64,000 nt of DNA, taken from Sphagnum compactum (lineage: Eukaryota). Below are positions 14,481-27,705 of the stretch, piece after piece. The stretch's first letter is position 1; the number at the start of each line of letters is the position of its first letter. A program made the position numbers and the translations under genes. The DNA lies in the NCBI GenBank assembly GCA_965153455.1, contig OZ234494.1:10044001-10108000 (forward strand). Reading direction: 5' to 3'. The notes beneath the pieces are model-generated. The model saw nothing but the letters and a program-made list of their open reading frames with translations, ran no database searches and was not told the DNA's origin.

Positions 14481-15299
14481 CCCCATTGAATGCTAATGTA
14501 TTTTTTTGCAATTTTTTTAAAAATCTCACCTTGTGTATGACCAAACTCAAGGTTTTGGTGCTGTGTTTTTTTTACTTTATGGATAACTCTAATATTTGCT
14601 CATCTTATAAAAAGGAAACAAATGAGTTAAATGTATTTCTTAATACATTGAATCCATACATAAAAATAAATAAACAAGAAAATAATATGTATAAAGTCAT
14701 GAAGTGAAATGGAAAATGGTAAAAGTAAACCTTGGATATCAAAGCTAAATCTCTTTTTCCTAATGGAGGATGTGGAACATTATACTTCTATGACTTGAAA
14801 GGAGATTCTAGATTGGCTTGCCATGCTTTTTTGAAACCTTATTTGTACTAGTCACTATTTGTGTTAGGGGTGTAGATGGACCTTGTTGTCTTGAAAATTA
14901 TCCTTATCCTTGGAGTATATTGAAATGAAACATGCATGGAGGACTTGTAAGGCATGTGTTTGCATTTTATTAAATGATATTTTGTGTAGGGTAAAGCTAA
15001 AATGTGAAGCGCACTTTCCAAATAAGGGGCTTGGGACAAACTAAAAGTTGTGTCTAACCCCCCATTTTGAGAATGTCCCCCACTATTGGGCTTCACCCAT
15101 TGTAAAACACAAAGCAAAGAATATCATTTTTTTTTGAGTGTGGTTTTGTTTTTTTGTTCTATCTTCTTTTGTTTTTCCTTTTTTTTCTTTCATTATTATT
15201 ATTTGAGGGGGCGGGGGGGGGTGCTTGAGCATTTGCTTCCAAGGGGTTTTGGGTGTAGTTTTGTTTTTTGAATGGCTCTCTTTTTGCGTCCTCGTCGGT

Positions 15300-18200
15300 T
15301 TGAAATATTCCTTGTTTTCATTGTTTAGCTTTTACACTTAAAGTGGCCTCTTGAAGCATGTCAAAAGTGTTCACCCTCTTGCTAGCCTCGTCTCCCGGGC
15401 TAGTCATGTTGTTTTACCTTTGCAAGTGTCTTCCCCTCCTTTGTTTCTCCCTGATTTTAGTCCTCTTGCTTCTTGGGGTTGGCTTCGGGCTTAGTCTAGC
15501 TTCATTTTGAGGCTATTTGAGTTGAGGTTTGCATGCCATCATTTGTTTCATAAAATCCCTCGAACCATCTAGGACGAGGTCAAGCAGGCTTTTCGTTTAC
15601 CTTTTGATTGAATTGCTTAAGACCCAATAGACGAACTACCATGGTTCCTTTTTTTTTTGTTGCCACGTTGGTGTTTGTGATATACTCGAGGAGGTCATTC
15701 AGGTCAATAAGAGGTTTATACTTGCCTTAGGAAGTTTATGGTAGGCAATTGGTCTTCTTTTTAGGAGGAGTTTTCATGTGTCTCATGTGTGCCCTATTCT
15801 CACCATTCATGGGAAGAATCTTTCGCCAATTGTTTTCATCAATGTCTAACCTTAAGGAGAGTTGGTGAGGACAACTGTGCTACCAAAGCTCTCTAGCCCA
15901 TGACATGAATTATTCATTTGGAGGACACAATTGCTGCCCTGCACTAACTGCACCCCCCTCCTTTAGACCTTGTCCCTCCACTTATTTTGTATTATCAGCC
16001 TAAGCACACCTTTGTCTTGGATAAGAATTTATTTACACAAGCTTTAGCCATTATTTTTCATTTGTCTTTGGGTGGGTTTTCTGGGATGGTATATGAACAT
16101 CTCTTGGGATGTTTCATACTAGAAGACCCATCTCAGGGTTTTCGAAATTATTCCAAGTTATTGTTTGTGGGATATCCCTAAATTAGTGGCCCTAATGTTG
16201 GGGGTTAGTAGATTGTTGGCAATGGTAAAGGACACTAGTGGTCTTTGTCATATTGTTGCAGGCAAAGTGTTATTTGACTTATTAGTCGCCCCATTGTCCT
16301 ATAGCTTTGAAGGTTGTTTTATGAGCACCTATCGCCCCATTAATTTGGAGTATCAATCCCTGGAGGCTGTAAAGCCATCCCTTTTGGCATCCGAACCCTC
16401 CTTGACCTACACCCTAATGGGGCTGAGATGCAGGTTGATGTCAAAAATGTTTTTAATAACATTTTTCAAAATACTATTTTTAAAGAGTTGCGTGATGTCG
16501 AGGGGCCTTTGGTGAACATTGTCCCCTTTACTAGGTTGTTTTATGGTGTTCATTATTCTTTTTACTACCAACATGGGTAGCATGTGGAGGGGGTCACCAT
16601 TATTGAATCATTTTTAGACACGAGGCAAGTTGACCCCCTAGAAGGTATTTTATTTGCTTTGGCCCATTATCAAGTGCTCCTAGAGACCATCGCACGAGCC
16701 CCAAGTTGGGTCTTTGCATCCCTAACAGACAATAACACATTGTGGGGTCTATGAGCAAGATTTTCCATGCTTTTGATAAACTTTCAACCCAATTAACTTT
16801 AATTGGGCTTAGGGTCAAAGTGTCAAAATGCAAGCTTTGGAGTCCATCATGGATCTTTCCAAGCATAAAGATTCCTCAAGGCTACATTTTGGTCACAAAT
16901 TCCCTAAGCATTTTGGGTGTGCCAATGGGTTTTTAGGACTTTGCCATGCATTTTTTGGATGAGGTTTTATTTCAAGACATGGCGCATATAGATGATTTTC
17001 CTCTCTTGGGAGATGCCCATGTTGCTTTGGGCATTTTGTCCTCATGTGTAGCTTGTCACCTTTTTGTCTCACACAAACAATACTTTCTTATTCTTCCTTC
17101 TTGACTCTTTTGGCAGGTTTCGACATGAAAGTTATGTATGTAGGTATGTTGGGACATTATGGGTCTAGGATCATGGGAGTCTTTTTAGGACCCCTTAGCG
17201 AGGTGTTACGTTCAAGTTCTAATATCCTTTGGGGGTATAGGCCTTCTCTGTATGGAGGATTGTGCCCCATTGCTTTCTTAGGGAATTGGGGCTTTAGTGG
17301 CTTTGTATTTGTGCTCTAGGTTTCGTATTTTTGATACAGCCGTTTTGGAGGAGTATGTTTCTCAGGTTGAGGGGGGTCCCCACCTGCTTTAGTCATGCTT
17401 ACGTGCAGTGCAAGATGGCTTTCCTCCTGTAATTAGGGAAATGCACCTTTCTTTTACAAGTCTGGCAGTTATTAGCGTCCTAGGTCTACAGGCATTTTTT
17501 ATGGACATCCACCACGACACATCCTTTAAGTTTATCTTGTAGGATGATTCCAAAAGCCCACATTCATTTTCGTTCGGATAAGGGGGCAAGGCTATGGTTG
17601 GTTGTTAGGCCATCTATCTATTCATTTCACATCACACTTTACTTTCATTTTAGCATTGCACTTTTTGTTTCAGTTTGATTGAGCTTTCAACATTTAATTT
17701 TTTCATGTGTGAGTGTGGACATGGGTTGGACACATCTGGCACGCACTTAGCTTGTTGCCCATTTGGAGGTCAATGGATAGCCACACATGACGCCATTTAA
17801 GACGTCATGTATGCCCTCACTCAAAAGAGTGGGCACACTATATGGAGAGAACGATGGTATGCCCTTGCATTAGAAGTTTCATTACGAGTCAATCTCTACA
17901 TGACCTGCGAAAACCAGGTCTTCATTGCTGATGTGGTGGTTACTAACCTAATGCCAGAGATGGTGGCCTTCAGTATCATTAGTCGACCAGTAGGTGCAGT
18001 TGCGGAACTTAGTACCATTGCTAAAATCCATAAATATAGAGGGCTTCATGAGGGGCACCACTTTATTCCGATGGCCATGGAGGTGCACGGTGCACCCAAG
18101 TGTGATATGGATTGTTTCATTAAGGAATGTGTTTGTCTTTTCCACGATAGACAATTGAGAGGTCATTTATCCTTGTCTTTTTGTATTCAATTTTTCAGGC

Positions 18201-18480
18201 GACATGTTAATATTGCTTTTCAGCGTGCTTTAACCTTTGTTATAGAAATGAAGATTGTGTTGGCAGGTGATGTTTGTTCTAGACCTCCCATTATTATTAG
18301 ATTTCATGATTTGCATATAGGCGACATTAAAGGGGCTATGGGTGAAATAACTTCCTACCACAAGAAGGACTAGCTCTTTCCCTTTTTTTGGTTCCTACGA
18401 GTTGCTTGTCTTTTGACCTTTATTTGGCCTTCCCTTTTTGTCTCTCCTGTGATGCTTTTGAACATCGATCTTTAATTGGA
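15300..18480 (+). mobile_element. Degenerate non-LTR retrotransposon, CRE-like (RT plus C-terminal Zn knuckle and restriction-like endonuclease)
   Basis: RT motif remnants: SRLLAMVKDTSGLCHIVAGKV, FGVSIPGGC, MQVDVKNVFN, RQVDPLEGILFALAH (QGDPL) and FASLTDN (YxDD site). C-terminal CECGHGLDTSGTHLACC...THDAI, RVNL..ADVVV, KIHKY and FIPMAMEVHG. No APE domain seen. Boundaries are approximate. Confidence 0.72.
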
Positions 18481-19955
18481 TCCCATTTTTTCCTAAAAAT
18501 ATCATCATTTTAAACATATTTAAATCATAAGGTGGTATGAGGAAGGTTCTTTTACCTACTTCTTAAGAGTGGAGGGGTCTTATGCTTTAAAGATTCCTTC
18601 CACTCACAAGGAGTAGGCATAATAATCCTTCCTTTTTTCTAGGAGGGATATTCCTAAATATAATGTGCCCTTTAAATACATTAGGGAATTTCTTTGAGCA
18701 ATTTGGCAAGATTAAGCTCATGTCCATATTACTAAAGATTTATCATAAGTATAAAAAAACTAGTAATTGCTAATTGTTCAATCATAGAAATATACGGGCA
18801 TCATGGTAGTTTGAGTTTAAAAGTAAATGAAAATCTTGACAACCTTCCCAAATTGATCATTTTGATTTTGCATAATCAAAATTTCACCTGGTAAAAATGA
18901 GATACTTGAGCTTCTATTGTGATGAGTTACAATTGTAGATTGTTATCATTACAAAGACCTAATTGTTTAACCTATTTATGGTCCACAATGATATCAAATC
19001 TTTTTGCGTTCAATGTGTTCATGAAAAACATTGTTTGATTTTAGTGCTTTTGGTTCAACTATTGCCAATTTTTAAAAACATGAACTATTTTTTCCATTGT
19101 ATTTGCAGGTGACTTACAAAAGTGTAATAACCTGGCAGAATTATTTTTAGTGTTAGGGCTTTATGATTTTCATCTAGCCTGTCTAAACTCTCTGTGGGTT
19201 TTATAAAAATAGTAAAGTCCAAGCCCACTCCCGGTTCTGTGTCCAGGGAGTAGCGCTTGAGTGAAGCAGGGAGCAACAGCAAACGTTGGAGTGCGTGAAA
19301 AACAAAGGACAAAAAAGCAGCAGCGGAGCTGCAGAAGCGAGCAGGGGGTGCGAAGAGCAGCAGCCACGAAGCTCGCTCGCCCTCCTCGTCCATCGCGTCC
19401 TCGGTGCTGCTTGCTCCTGGCGGCCTGACAACAGCAGTGGTGACGGACCCTAGGAGCCGGGAGAGCAGGGCAGCCAAAGTGGCAATCTTCCTTTTTCGTC
19501 GACGACAACGACGACGCGGCGCCAGTCACCAAAACCTCACAAGAAACAAGAAACCTCACAAGAAACAACCTTAAGCTTTGTCACCGCCACCCCAATTACA
19601 ACCTTAGTAGCTCACACATCAAATTGGTCAACACCAAGCTGAACAACCCCAACATTTGCTTCAGCTCATGTACCAGCATCTACTTCTGCTTCAACACCTA
19701 CACCAGTGCAGCATTCGGTCAAGAGGGAGACAGGAGGAGGGGCAGACCGTGTGCCCTAGCGTCAGGAAGGAGATCTCTCATAGCTGCAAGAATTGGGTGC
19801 CAAAAATGGTTAGTATGATGGAACTGCAATTGGAGTTGCAGTGATATTTGTTATGTCAATTACAGGTTGTGAGAGGTGGTGAACAAAAAACTATATCCAT
19901 ATCTGATTTGGTGGTTTGGGTTCGCTATTGACTGACGAAAATCGCTGCCGAAACG

Positions 19956-20858
19956 ATGGCCGAGTACGACGCCTCATAGTTTCACCCTCGCAGTCTGAAG
20001 TGTGTCATGAGCCTCGACGGCAAGCAAGCCTAGGCCGTTTGCGCGCTCTACAGCCTGTTAGGAAAAACGAAGGTAGAACAACATCTGGCAATTGTTGACC
20101 ATTTTTTCGAAACACCTAACTTGAAGTCTAAGAAAAGCCAGAAGGCACAAAGTGACAATGACGACAAGTTCAACACGCTGCTTGAACGTGCTCAAAAGAA
20201 GATCGAAGCACAAATTGCACAATCGCAACAGATCTTTGAGCAGGTCACCAACAACTTTCTGGAACGTATCAAAGCAGCGCAACAGTCAGCCCCTACTGCC
20301 AGTCATGACAATGAGGTTACAAAACAGCTTGTTAAGGAGGTGATGGAGGAGTCAGGGGGAAAGTGGGTGGACGTTGTGAAGAAGATGGGCAAATAGATGG
20401 ACAACTTTGTCAGCCAAGGTGAGGCTAGAGAACGCTCCACACGCTCCTGCAGCACACGTATCATACGATTTGACGAAACAGAAGGCGAGACAGCACAACA
20501 ACTGCTAAATAAAGTCAATAGTCAGGTTCTACAAGGACAAATGAAGCTAACCATCAAGGCTGTGGCAGCAGTGCACCAGCCCATCAGCAGGAGAGATGAG
20601 ACCAAGCCTGGGACTATACGCACACGAGCTGTACTTATTACTTTTGCTACAGCTGAGGACAAAAAAGCTGTCTTTCAAAACCGTGTAGCTCTGAAAGGTA
20701 CCCACTGGGGCTTGGAAGAGGATTTGACCAAACAGCAGCAAGAGCAAAAGAGGGCATCATGGCATCTGTTTGAGAAGGCCAAAGCGGAAAAGAAAAAAAC
20801 TTACTGGCGTGGCGCAGACCTTTACATCAATGACACCAAAGTCACAGCTCAGCACTAG
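19956..20858 (+). pseudogene. LINE ORF1 (coiled-coil plus RRM-like region), interrupted by in-frame stops
   Basis: One frame runs from ATG 19956 with TAG stops at 19977, 20031 and 20394. Contains a Q/E/K-rich coiled-coil and the ORF1-like RAVLITF...LEEDLTKQQQEQK...TYWRGADLYIND. Confidence 0.7.
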
Positions 20859-20873
20859 GGGTGTTGGGACTAG

Positions 20874-23800
20874 AGAGCATTACGAGTCTCCCTGTGGAAC
20901 ATCCATGGGGGGACAAACACGAAGTTAAGTACTAGTTCACATATACAGAGACTGTTTGATGACTCAGATGTTGTTGCACTGACTGAAACACACTTATTCC
21001 CTGATGAAACACCACTGCATATGCCTGGTTTTCAGTGTTTACACAATCCACGCCCTGTATTTGACATGAGCGCAGTCAGAGCAGCAGTGAAGCATAGTGG
21101 TGGTGTTGCAGTATTTGTGAATGACTCATGGTTAGACTGTGTATCCTTATGGAAACAGAGCACAGATGGCACCAGGTTGTGGCTGCAGTTCCAGCACCTG
21201 GGGGCTGCACCGTTGTTTTTGGCTGTAGTGTATGCTCCACCCAAAGGGTCCCCATATGTTGATGAAGGCTTGTTTGATAACATTGCTGCAGAGGTCGGCA
21301 TGATTCAGGATCTTGGGACCAGTATTTTACTGACTCGTGATTTCAATGCAAGGACCAGTGCAGCTGACGATTATGTTGATTATCGTTACTTTGTAGATCA
21401 CATGCCTGACACGCTGCCATTGGGGAATGACTTCCCGGAGGTTTTGCCTGAGCGACATAACTCGGACAAGGGGGGGTTGAAAGGTTGGCACAATGAGTTC
21501 TTAGACCTTTGCCGCTCCTCGGGATTGTTCATTTTCAATGGTAGGATCACATGCGATGAACCAGGGGAGTGCACTTACTTTGCCAATGGCGGCTCCAGCC
21601 TTGTGGATTATATGGTCGCATCACCTGCTCTGTTTGATTGTGCCACATCACTTGTTGTACATAAATGCCCTCTATTCTGTGGAAAAGGGTGTGATTCCGA
21701 CCACAGGCCACTTTCACTCAACTTGCAGTTACCTTGGCAACATGTGTCATCAGCAACTTCAGAATCATGTGCAGACATCCGTCATTTCAAACATGATGCT
21801 AGCAAGTGCACATAGTATTGTCAACACCTGCAGCAACAGATTGCCCATGCACAGCACAGATGAGTGACACAGACAATGCTGACATGGCCGTGCAATTGTT
21901 GCATGACTGCATTGGTAACGCCGTTGCGGCTATGCATGGCTGCCCTGCGACACGCACTATTATAACACAACATCGTCATCAACCATGGTTTGATACTGAA
22001 TGTCGCAGTAAGCATAAGGAAGTATCTGCATATGCAAAGCTTCATCCTAACAGCCATCTAGCACGCAACGGAAGAAGCAACTTAAACATCTACTGTGTCG
22101 TAATAAACGCACGTACAAGAAGCTGCAAGGCCGACAGTTGTGTGCACTAGCAAAGATAGATCCAGCCAGCTTTTGGAGGCAGTACTCCAAGAGCAAGGAG
22201 CGATCTGTTGTTATCAGCAAAACAGACTTGGTTGCTGGCTTCCAAAAGCTGCTGGAAGGATAATGCCCCAGTAATATAGCTGGGGGACAGGGTAGCTCTA
22301 CAGATCAGGTGGTCTCGAGCTTGTCACACCCTTTTGTAAGTGATGATTGCAGTACACTAAACTGTGACATAACCTTAGATGAGATTGCGCAAGTGATGAG
22401 GAGACTCAAACGTAACAAGTCTGCTAGCTTAGATGGCATCAAAGCAGAGTTTCTGCTAGATGCTGGCGATATGTTGCATGTACCACTACAGATTGTGTTC
22501 AACAAGTTGTTGCAACAAGGTTATTCAGCAGGCTTGTCTACTGGAGTCATTCATGCATTGCACAAGGGTGGTGATGCCTTGCAATTTGAAAACTACAGGG
22601 GAATCACAGTGGGTCCTGTACTAGCTAAGGTGTTTGCCATGATTCTAGAGGCACGGTTGAGCAGCTGGGTAGAAGAAAAGGGCCTACGTGCCAGGGGACA
22701 AACTGGTTTTAGGAAAGACTTTCGCACCACGGATAACCTGTACATTTTGCGAACGCTCATTGAACAGAACACTCACAAACGCAAAAAGGTGTATTGTTGT
22801 TTTGTGGACTTTTGCAAAGCTTTTGATACAGTGCCTCGTGATCTACTATGGCAAGTGCTGGCTGAGATGGGAATTGTGGGTCGCTTCATGTAGTGTCTAC
22901 AGAGCATGTACAGCCAGGACAGCATCAGAGTTATGCATCCAACAGAAGGGCTATCAGCCCGGTTCTCATGTGGTATTGGGGTCAAACAAGGCTGTCCACT
23001 GAGCCCACTACTTTTTGGACTCTACCTTGATGGACTTGAGAAGCATCTAGATGCACTTGATGGCGACAACCCGCCACAACTGGCAGACATAGTAGTCAAA
23101 TTACTACTATATGCAGATGATTTGGCATTGATGTCAGAGACCCCACAAGGGTTGCAGAAACAAATAGATGCTCCATCTGAGTTCTGTGTTAAACGACAAT
23201 TGGTCATCAATGTGAACAAGACCAAGGTAGTGGTGTTTGAGAAATGCCGCAGTGCAGCGCCAGAGTTCACATACAAAGGGATAACTATTGAGCGGGTTCA
23301 ATCATTCAGATACCTGGGCTTAGAGTTACATAGTACAAGAGGCATGGCAGTCGCCATAGACAAACTGACTGCTGCTGGGAAGAAGGCACTGTTTGCATTA
23401 CGCTGCAGATGCAATGATCTGAGCATAACAGATCCGGAAGTAATGTGTCAATTGTTCGACTCACTGGTACGCCCAGTACTGAGCTATGCATGCAAGGTGT
23501 GGACAGGTTGTATAGGGGCGAAAGGGTTGCAACAAGCAGAACAAGTACATAAAATGTTCCTGAGAGGAATATTAGGGGTCAATAAAACAACAAGCACTTT
23601 TGCTGTGTTGGGGGAGTTTGGAAGGTATCCATTGGAATATTTTTGGTGGCAACAAACTCTCAAGTATTATGATAGACTACGGGAGTCCACACCAGATTGT
23701 CTGTTGTACTGTGCCTACCAGACCCAGCTCCAGATGCTCAGTGTGCTCAATGATAACTAACAGTGTTGGCTCCGGAACGTGCAGTTGTGGCTTGACGACC

Positions 23801-24329
23801 AAGGGGTTGGGGTTCTCTATACTAATGTCATGTGTGCTGTGGCAAGTGCACAGGCTTCTTATCTAGAATCCACTTATGGTGAACAGGCCAGAGCCAGAAG
23901 TAACAGATTACGTACATACCAGCTGATGAACACGAGCTGTACAACAGAATCTGGGTACTCATATGCACATCAGAGTTATTTGCAAGTGATCACAAATGTT
24001 CAGCTCATGCAATCTTTGTCAAGGTTCAGATGTTCAAACCATCGTTTGGAGGTAGAGTGTGGCAGGCATGCAAAGCCTGAGAGTGTACCGAGGAGAGATA
24101 GGGTTTGTCGCCTGTGTTCCCTAGGAGCTGTTGAGGATGAAGACCACCTGTTGCTAGTGTGCCCAGCTCACCATGACATTCGTTGCAAGTTTGGTCAACA
24201 GCTAGGGAAACAGCTGACACCGCAGCTTATTGCCTGAATTGATGCATTCGGCTGCTCAGAAAGCGGTAGCTTTGTACTTAGTTTCTTGCCTAGACCACAG
24301 GAGTGTTTTGCTCAAATCAACTAGGTAAT
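20874..24329 (+). pseudogene. LINE ORF2: apurinic-like endonuclease, reverse transcriptase and C-terminal Cys/His motif, disabled
   Basis: APE motifs LWNIHG, VALTETH, GGVAVFV, VYAPP, DFNAR, SLVDY and SDHRP. RT motifs NYRGITV, QTGFR, FVDFCKAFDTV, GVKQGCPLSP, LLYADD and FRYLG. C-terminal RFRCSNHRLEVECGR..RVCRLC..EDEDHLLLVCP. Stops at 21813, 22261, 22891 and 23758; frameshifts near 21850, 22070 and 24210. Confidence 0.92.
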
Positions 24330-25819
24330 AGTCCTCAAATGGATCTCTCTGGTCCGGGTATTGACGTTAAATTAAAAGAAAGAAAGAAAGAAAGAAGGTT
24401 CTCCTCACCACACAGCCATGGTGTTTGCAAATGTTAAAGCCCTGAGGGCAAGGGGCATTACCAGATTTGGGCTGTGCTCGGCTTTGCCTCACATGGGCCC
24501 GTTCTCTGCTAAAGCCCTTGCCCTCCGGCATTACCTACCACATAACCTCCTTTAGAGACCCTTCCCTTCCCCAACAAGCAAAGGTCTGCAGGTGGCGATG
24601 GGGCAGCTTTTCAGACTTTTTTGCCTAAGCTATATTACGGAAACGTATTGCAGACCTTTACACCAGGGAGTGGGCAGGGCTTGGCAGATTCTGTCACGTG
24701 TTGGTTTCTACTGGGCTTGTTCTAACGGGCTTGACCATGATGGCATTCTCTGCACAAAATCTGCACATGGAACTCGCACACATGTAGTCCGCATTGAATG
24801 ACACGTTCTCGAGATCACGATATTAGATATTGTATGGGTTCTCGAACCCGTTCTGAATAGGCCAATGTGGGGGGGGGGTGGTTACATAACAAGTCACCGT
24901 TGCCAAAGGTAACCTAAGTTCATCCACCCCGCATCCACCCCTTCATATATGCGTCATGAACTCCAAATACATACATACCTAACATAGAAATGTATTAGCT
25001 ACCGCTACAGGGTTGTCGCCACCCCATACTACGCCGGGCCTAGACTTGCACCCGACGATGTTTAGGTTCACTTTTTATTACTAGAGCGAATTTCGACCGG
25101 CAGCTGGCTGTCAGTGCTACGACATATCGAGACCTGGCCCAATGGACAGCTGTCGATAAATTGGTCACCTCCAGCTTTCGGTTTACTTTGCTGGTGAAGA
25201 ATTGTGAAGCCAACGAGGGTCGTAGTCTTTTTTCTCGTTGTGTGATTTTCATTCGGCCATTTTGGGGGGCGGGGAGGTTGGGGTCAGTGTGCGGGCGTGA
25301 ATGCGTGAATGCGTACTTGCGTACTTGAAAGCAGCCACTTTATTTGCGTACTTGAAAACAGCGACTTTATTTCCTCACTGGGACCAATGGAACTTACGGC
25401 GGTTCACACTTCAAAGCTTCAAATGATTTTTATTTTCCTAGAATGTTCCCATCAAGTTCTCAATATGTTCTCAGCATGTTCATTAAGTTCCCAATGTGTT
25501 CCTCAACATGTTCCGAATTACATCTCTCTTTGTCCCATATGCTTTGAAAAGACGTTGTCCGCTTGGAACATATGAAGGTGACAAAATATTGGGACTCATA
25601 TTTTTAGCACCCCAGCCGGATTTTGCTACATGCGCATCAATTGAGAGGAGGGCAGGTGGCGAGGACGGTCGGTCGGTCGAGGGAGGTAGAAAGAGAAAGC
25701 AAGAAGTTGTTCATGAATGCTTCTATATTTAGATTTTTTGGGTGATGCGCCAATCAATGAGGCGCATCAAAAGAAAATAAAAGAAAACGGAGGTATTAGT
25801 CCAGGTTGAAAATGGTGAT

Positions 25820-26300
25820 AAACCATTTTGGAAATAGAAATTTCATGCAGCCAATGAGAAGGCTCCAGGGGCTTAGTTTTCTTGTTTTGAATTTTGGGGG
25901 GGAGGGGGGGAGAAGGGGAATTTTTTGTTTAATTTTTGTTCCCATTGTGTTCTCAGTATATTCTCAAGATGTTCCCATCAGGTTTTTAAAATGTTCCTGA
26001 AATTCCCAATCTGTTTCATTAGATGTTCCCAAGAGCACCACATGTTTTATCCCATATTGTTTGACCATGGTTTGACTTCCATGTATGTAAAGGGAGGTGA
26101 GGCTGGGTGAGAGGGGGCCAAAGGGAAGCATGACAAAGCATGGTTTTATTTTGTGAAGGGAAATTTAGGCTTCTATGTTGGGGAGTGCCCCATGTTAGGA
26201 AAATATTGGTGATGGGCCCAATCAAATGGCTCCTTCTGGGAAAAAAACAAAAAACAAAATGAAAATGATGAGACAACCCCTCACTAATCAATAAAAGTAT
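25820..26300 (+). repeat. Dispersed non-coding repeat (MITE-like), related to 8590-9010
   Basis: Same ordered sequence blocks as 8590-9010. A related GTTCC-rich segment also lies at ~25430-25570. Confidence 0.55.
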
Positions 26301-27517
26301 GGACAAAGTACCCAATACCAAAGTCACTATAGTAAGTAGATGATAAATCCCAAAGCTCTATGATCATTGATGACTATTCAAGGGCGCCTAGGCTGGAACC
26401 TGGGTTGGCAAGTTGCAAGTTGCAACTTGGCCTGCTGTCTGCGTTCCCTGTTTGTCCACCTTATTATCATCAAGAATCACACCTGCAACAAATGCACCCG
26501 CAATTCGCATGTGCACAACGCCTACAGGTACCACTGGATTCTGCCGCCGCTCAAAAACAGAATTTACATTTTAGGGAACGTGTGAGCCTTGAGGTACTGC
26601 AGGCCAATGTGCGCATGGTACGGAATTTGGGCGAGTCCCGTCTGCCCGTTCAGAAATTTTCTCTGACCGTCCCGGGCTCACCCAAATTCGTCACTGGCAC
26701 CTTACCGGGCACATTTGACCTGTATCTGGCACGTTCCATAAAGCACTGATCTTGATGATTTGCACAAGTAGTCACTGTGAATTTACAGAAAACAACATGT
26801 GGATTTTGAACCATGGTTAGGTTAGTGAGACCCAAGAAGACCTGTCCATTGTGTCTTGCAAGGGGACTAGGGTAGATTGGCTGATAACCAATCATTTAGC
26901 AACTTAGAGGGCTCGGGTTCAGTGACCATCCATCCATTTGATAGCCTTGATGTTCCAAAACTTTGGGTAGGGCAGTAGTCTAGCTACCAGAAACCTTTCA
27001 TGGACTCCAAATTGGGTAAGGAATGCAAAAGTTGGGGCTTGCCAAAGTGGTATGGGATTCTAATAAAAAGAGGCGGCAAAAGTCACATGAAAACCATGAT
27101 TATGTACGTATATCTCTTTGTGTGATCAGTAGGTAACTTTAGTAGGGGTGATAATAGCCTGTGGTGATCTTTCTTGGGCTGCCCGAAATCCACTAATCAG
27201 CCATACCTTTGTCCTGAAGTCGGGGTCATAGAATTTCTGTATTATTTTATTTTGGATTTATTTCTTGTGATTGCGGTTGTTTATTCATTACATTGTTGGT
27301 TCTGGGCCAGAGGGAAGCGGCCAGGGTGAATCATGGCTACCATCCATTTCTTGAGTAAGGCCTTTATGATACGCCAATTTACCCTGGAAATTGTCACATT
27401 TTGGACTTCGATTCACCATGATTTAGTCTTAAGACAGTCTTAAGCAAAATATTATTTTATGGGTTTTTATGGTGTTTAACCATGTAGCGGTGTAAGTGCT
27501 AATTCACCCCCAAAGCC

Positions 27518-27705
27518 TTTTTTATTTTTTATTTTTTGAAAGCACAAGCATACTCAACCAACAAGTCATTGGCACCACCAAGTCAAGTCCAGTAGTGGGA
27601 GGGCTGGCAGGGCTTTCACCTGCACACCAGTGAGTTTGAAACCCAGAACCTTTTTTGAGGTTCCAGGGTCTGAGACAGGGGCTATACCAGCAAGCCATCA
27701 CCAGT
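27518..27705 (-). mobile_element. tRNA-derived SINE, copy 1
   Basis: On the minus strand: A-box-like TGGCTTGCTGG, B-box-like GGGTTTCAAACTC and an A-rich tail (T-runs at 27518-27537 on +). Homologous to 42581-42785 in inverted orientation. Confidence 0.6.

Larger units (their letters stand above)
19239..24396 (+). mobile_element. Near full-length LINE (APE-RT, RTEX-like), disabled
   Basis: GC-rich 5' leader, ORF1 and ORF2, and a 3' (AAAG)n tail at ~24375-24396. Candidate TSD GGTTCT at 19233-19238 and 24397-24402. The clade call rests on domain order, the C-terminal Cys motif and the microsatellite tail. Confidence 0.88.

Noticed and set aside
19085-19568. Minus-strand ORFs of 130 and 132 aa at the LINE 5' end
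   Set aside because: Non-ATG starts in the GC-rich LINE leader; they run across the presumed insertion boundary.
24580-24659. Resemblance of AAGGTCTGCA to moss miR902-3p as I recall it
   Set aside because: The motif is on the 5' arm in both orientations, the match is short, and the hairpin has large asymmetric loops.
26360-26749. 129-aa ATG-initiated ORF
   Set aside because: No recognisable domain, splice partners or coding-like pattern; cannot be supported as a gene.
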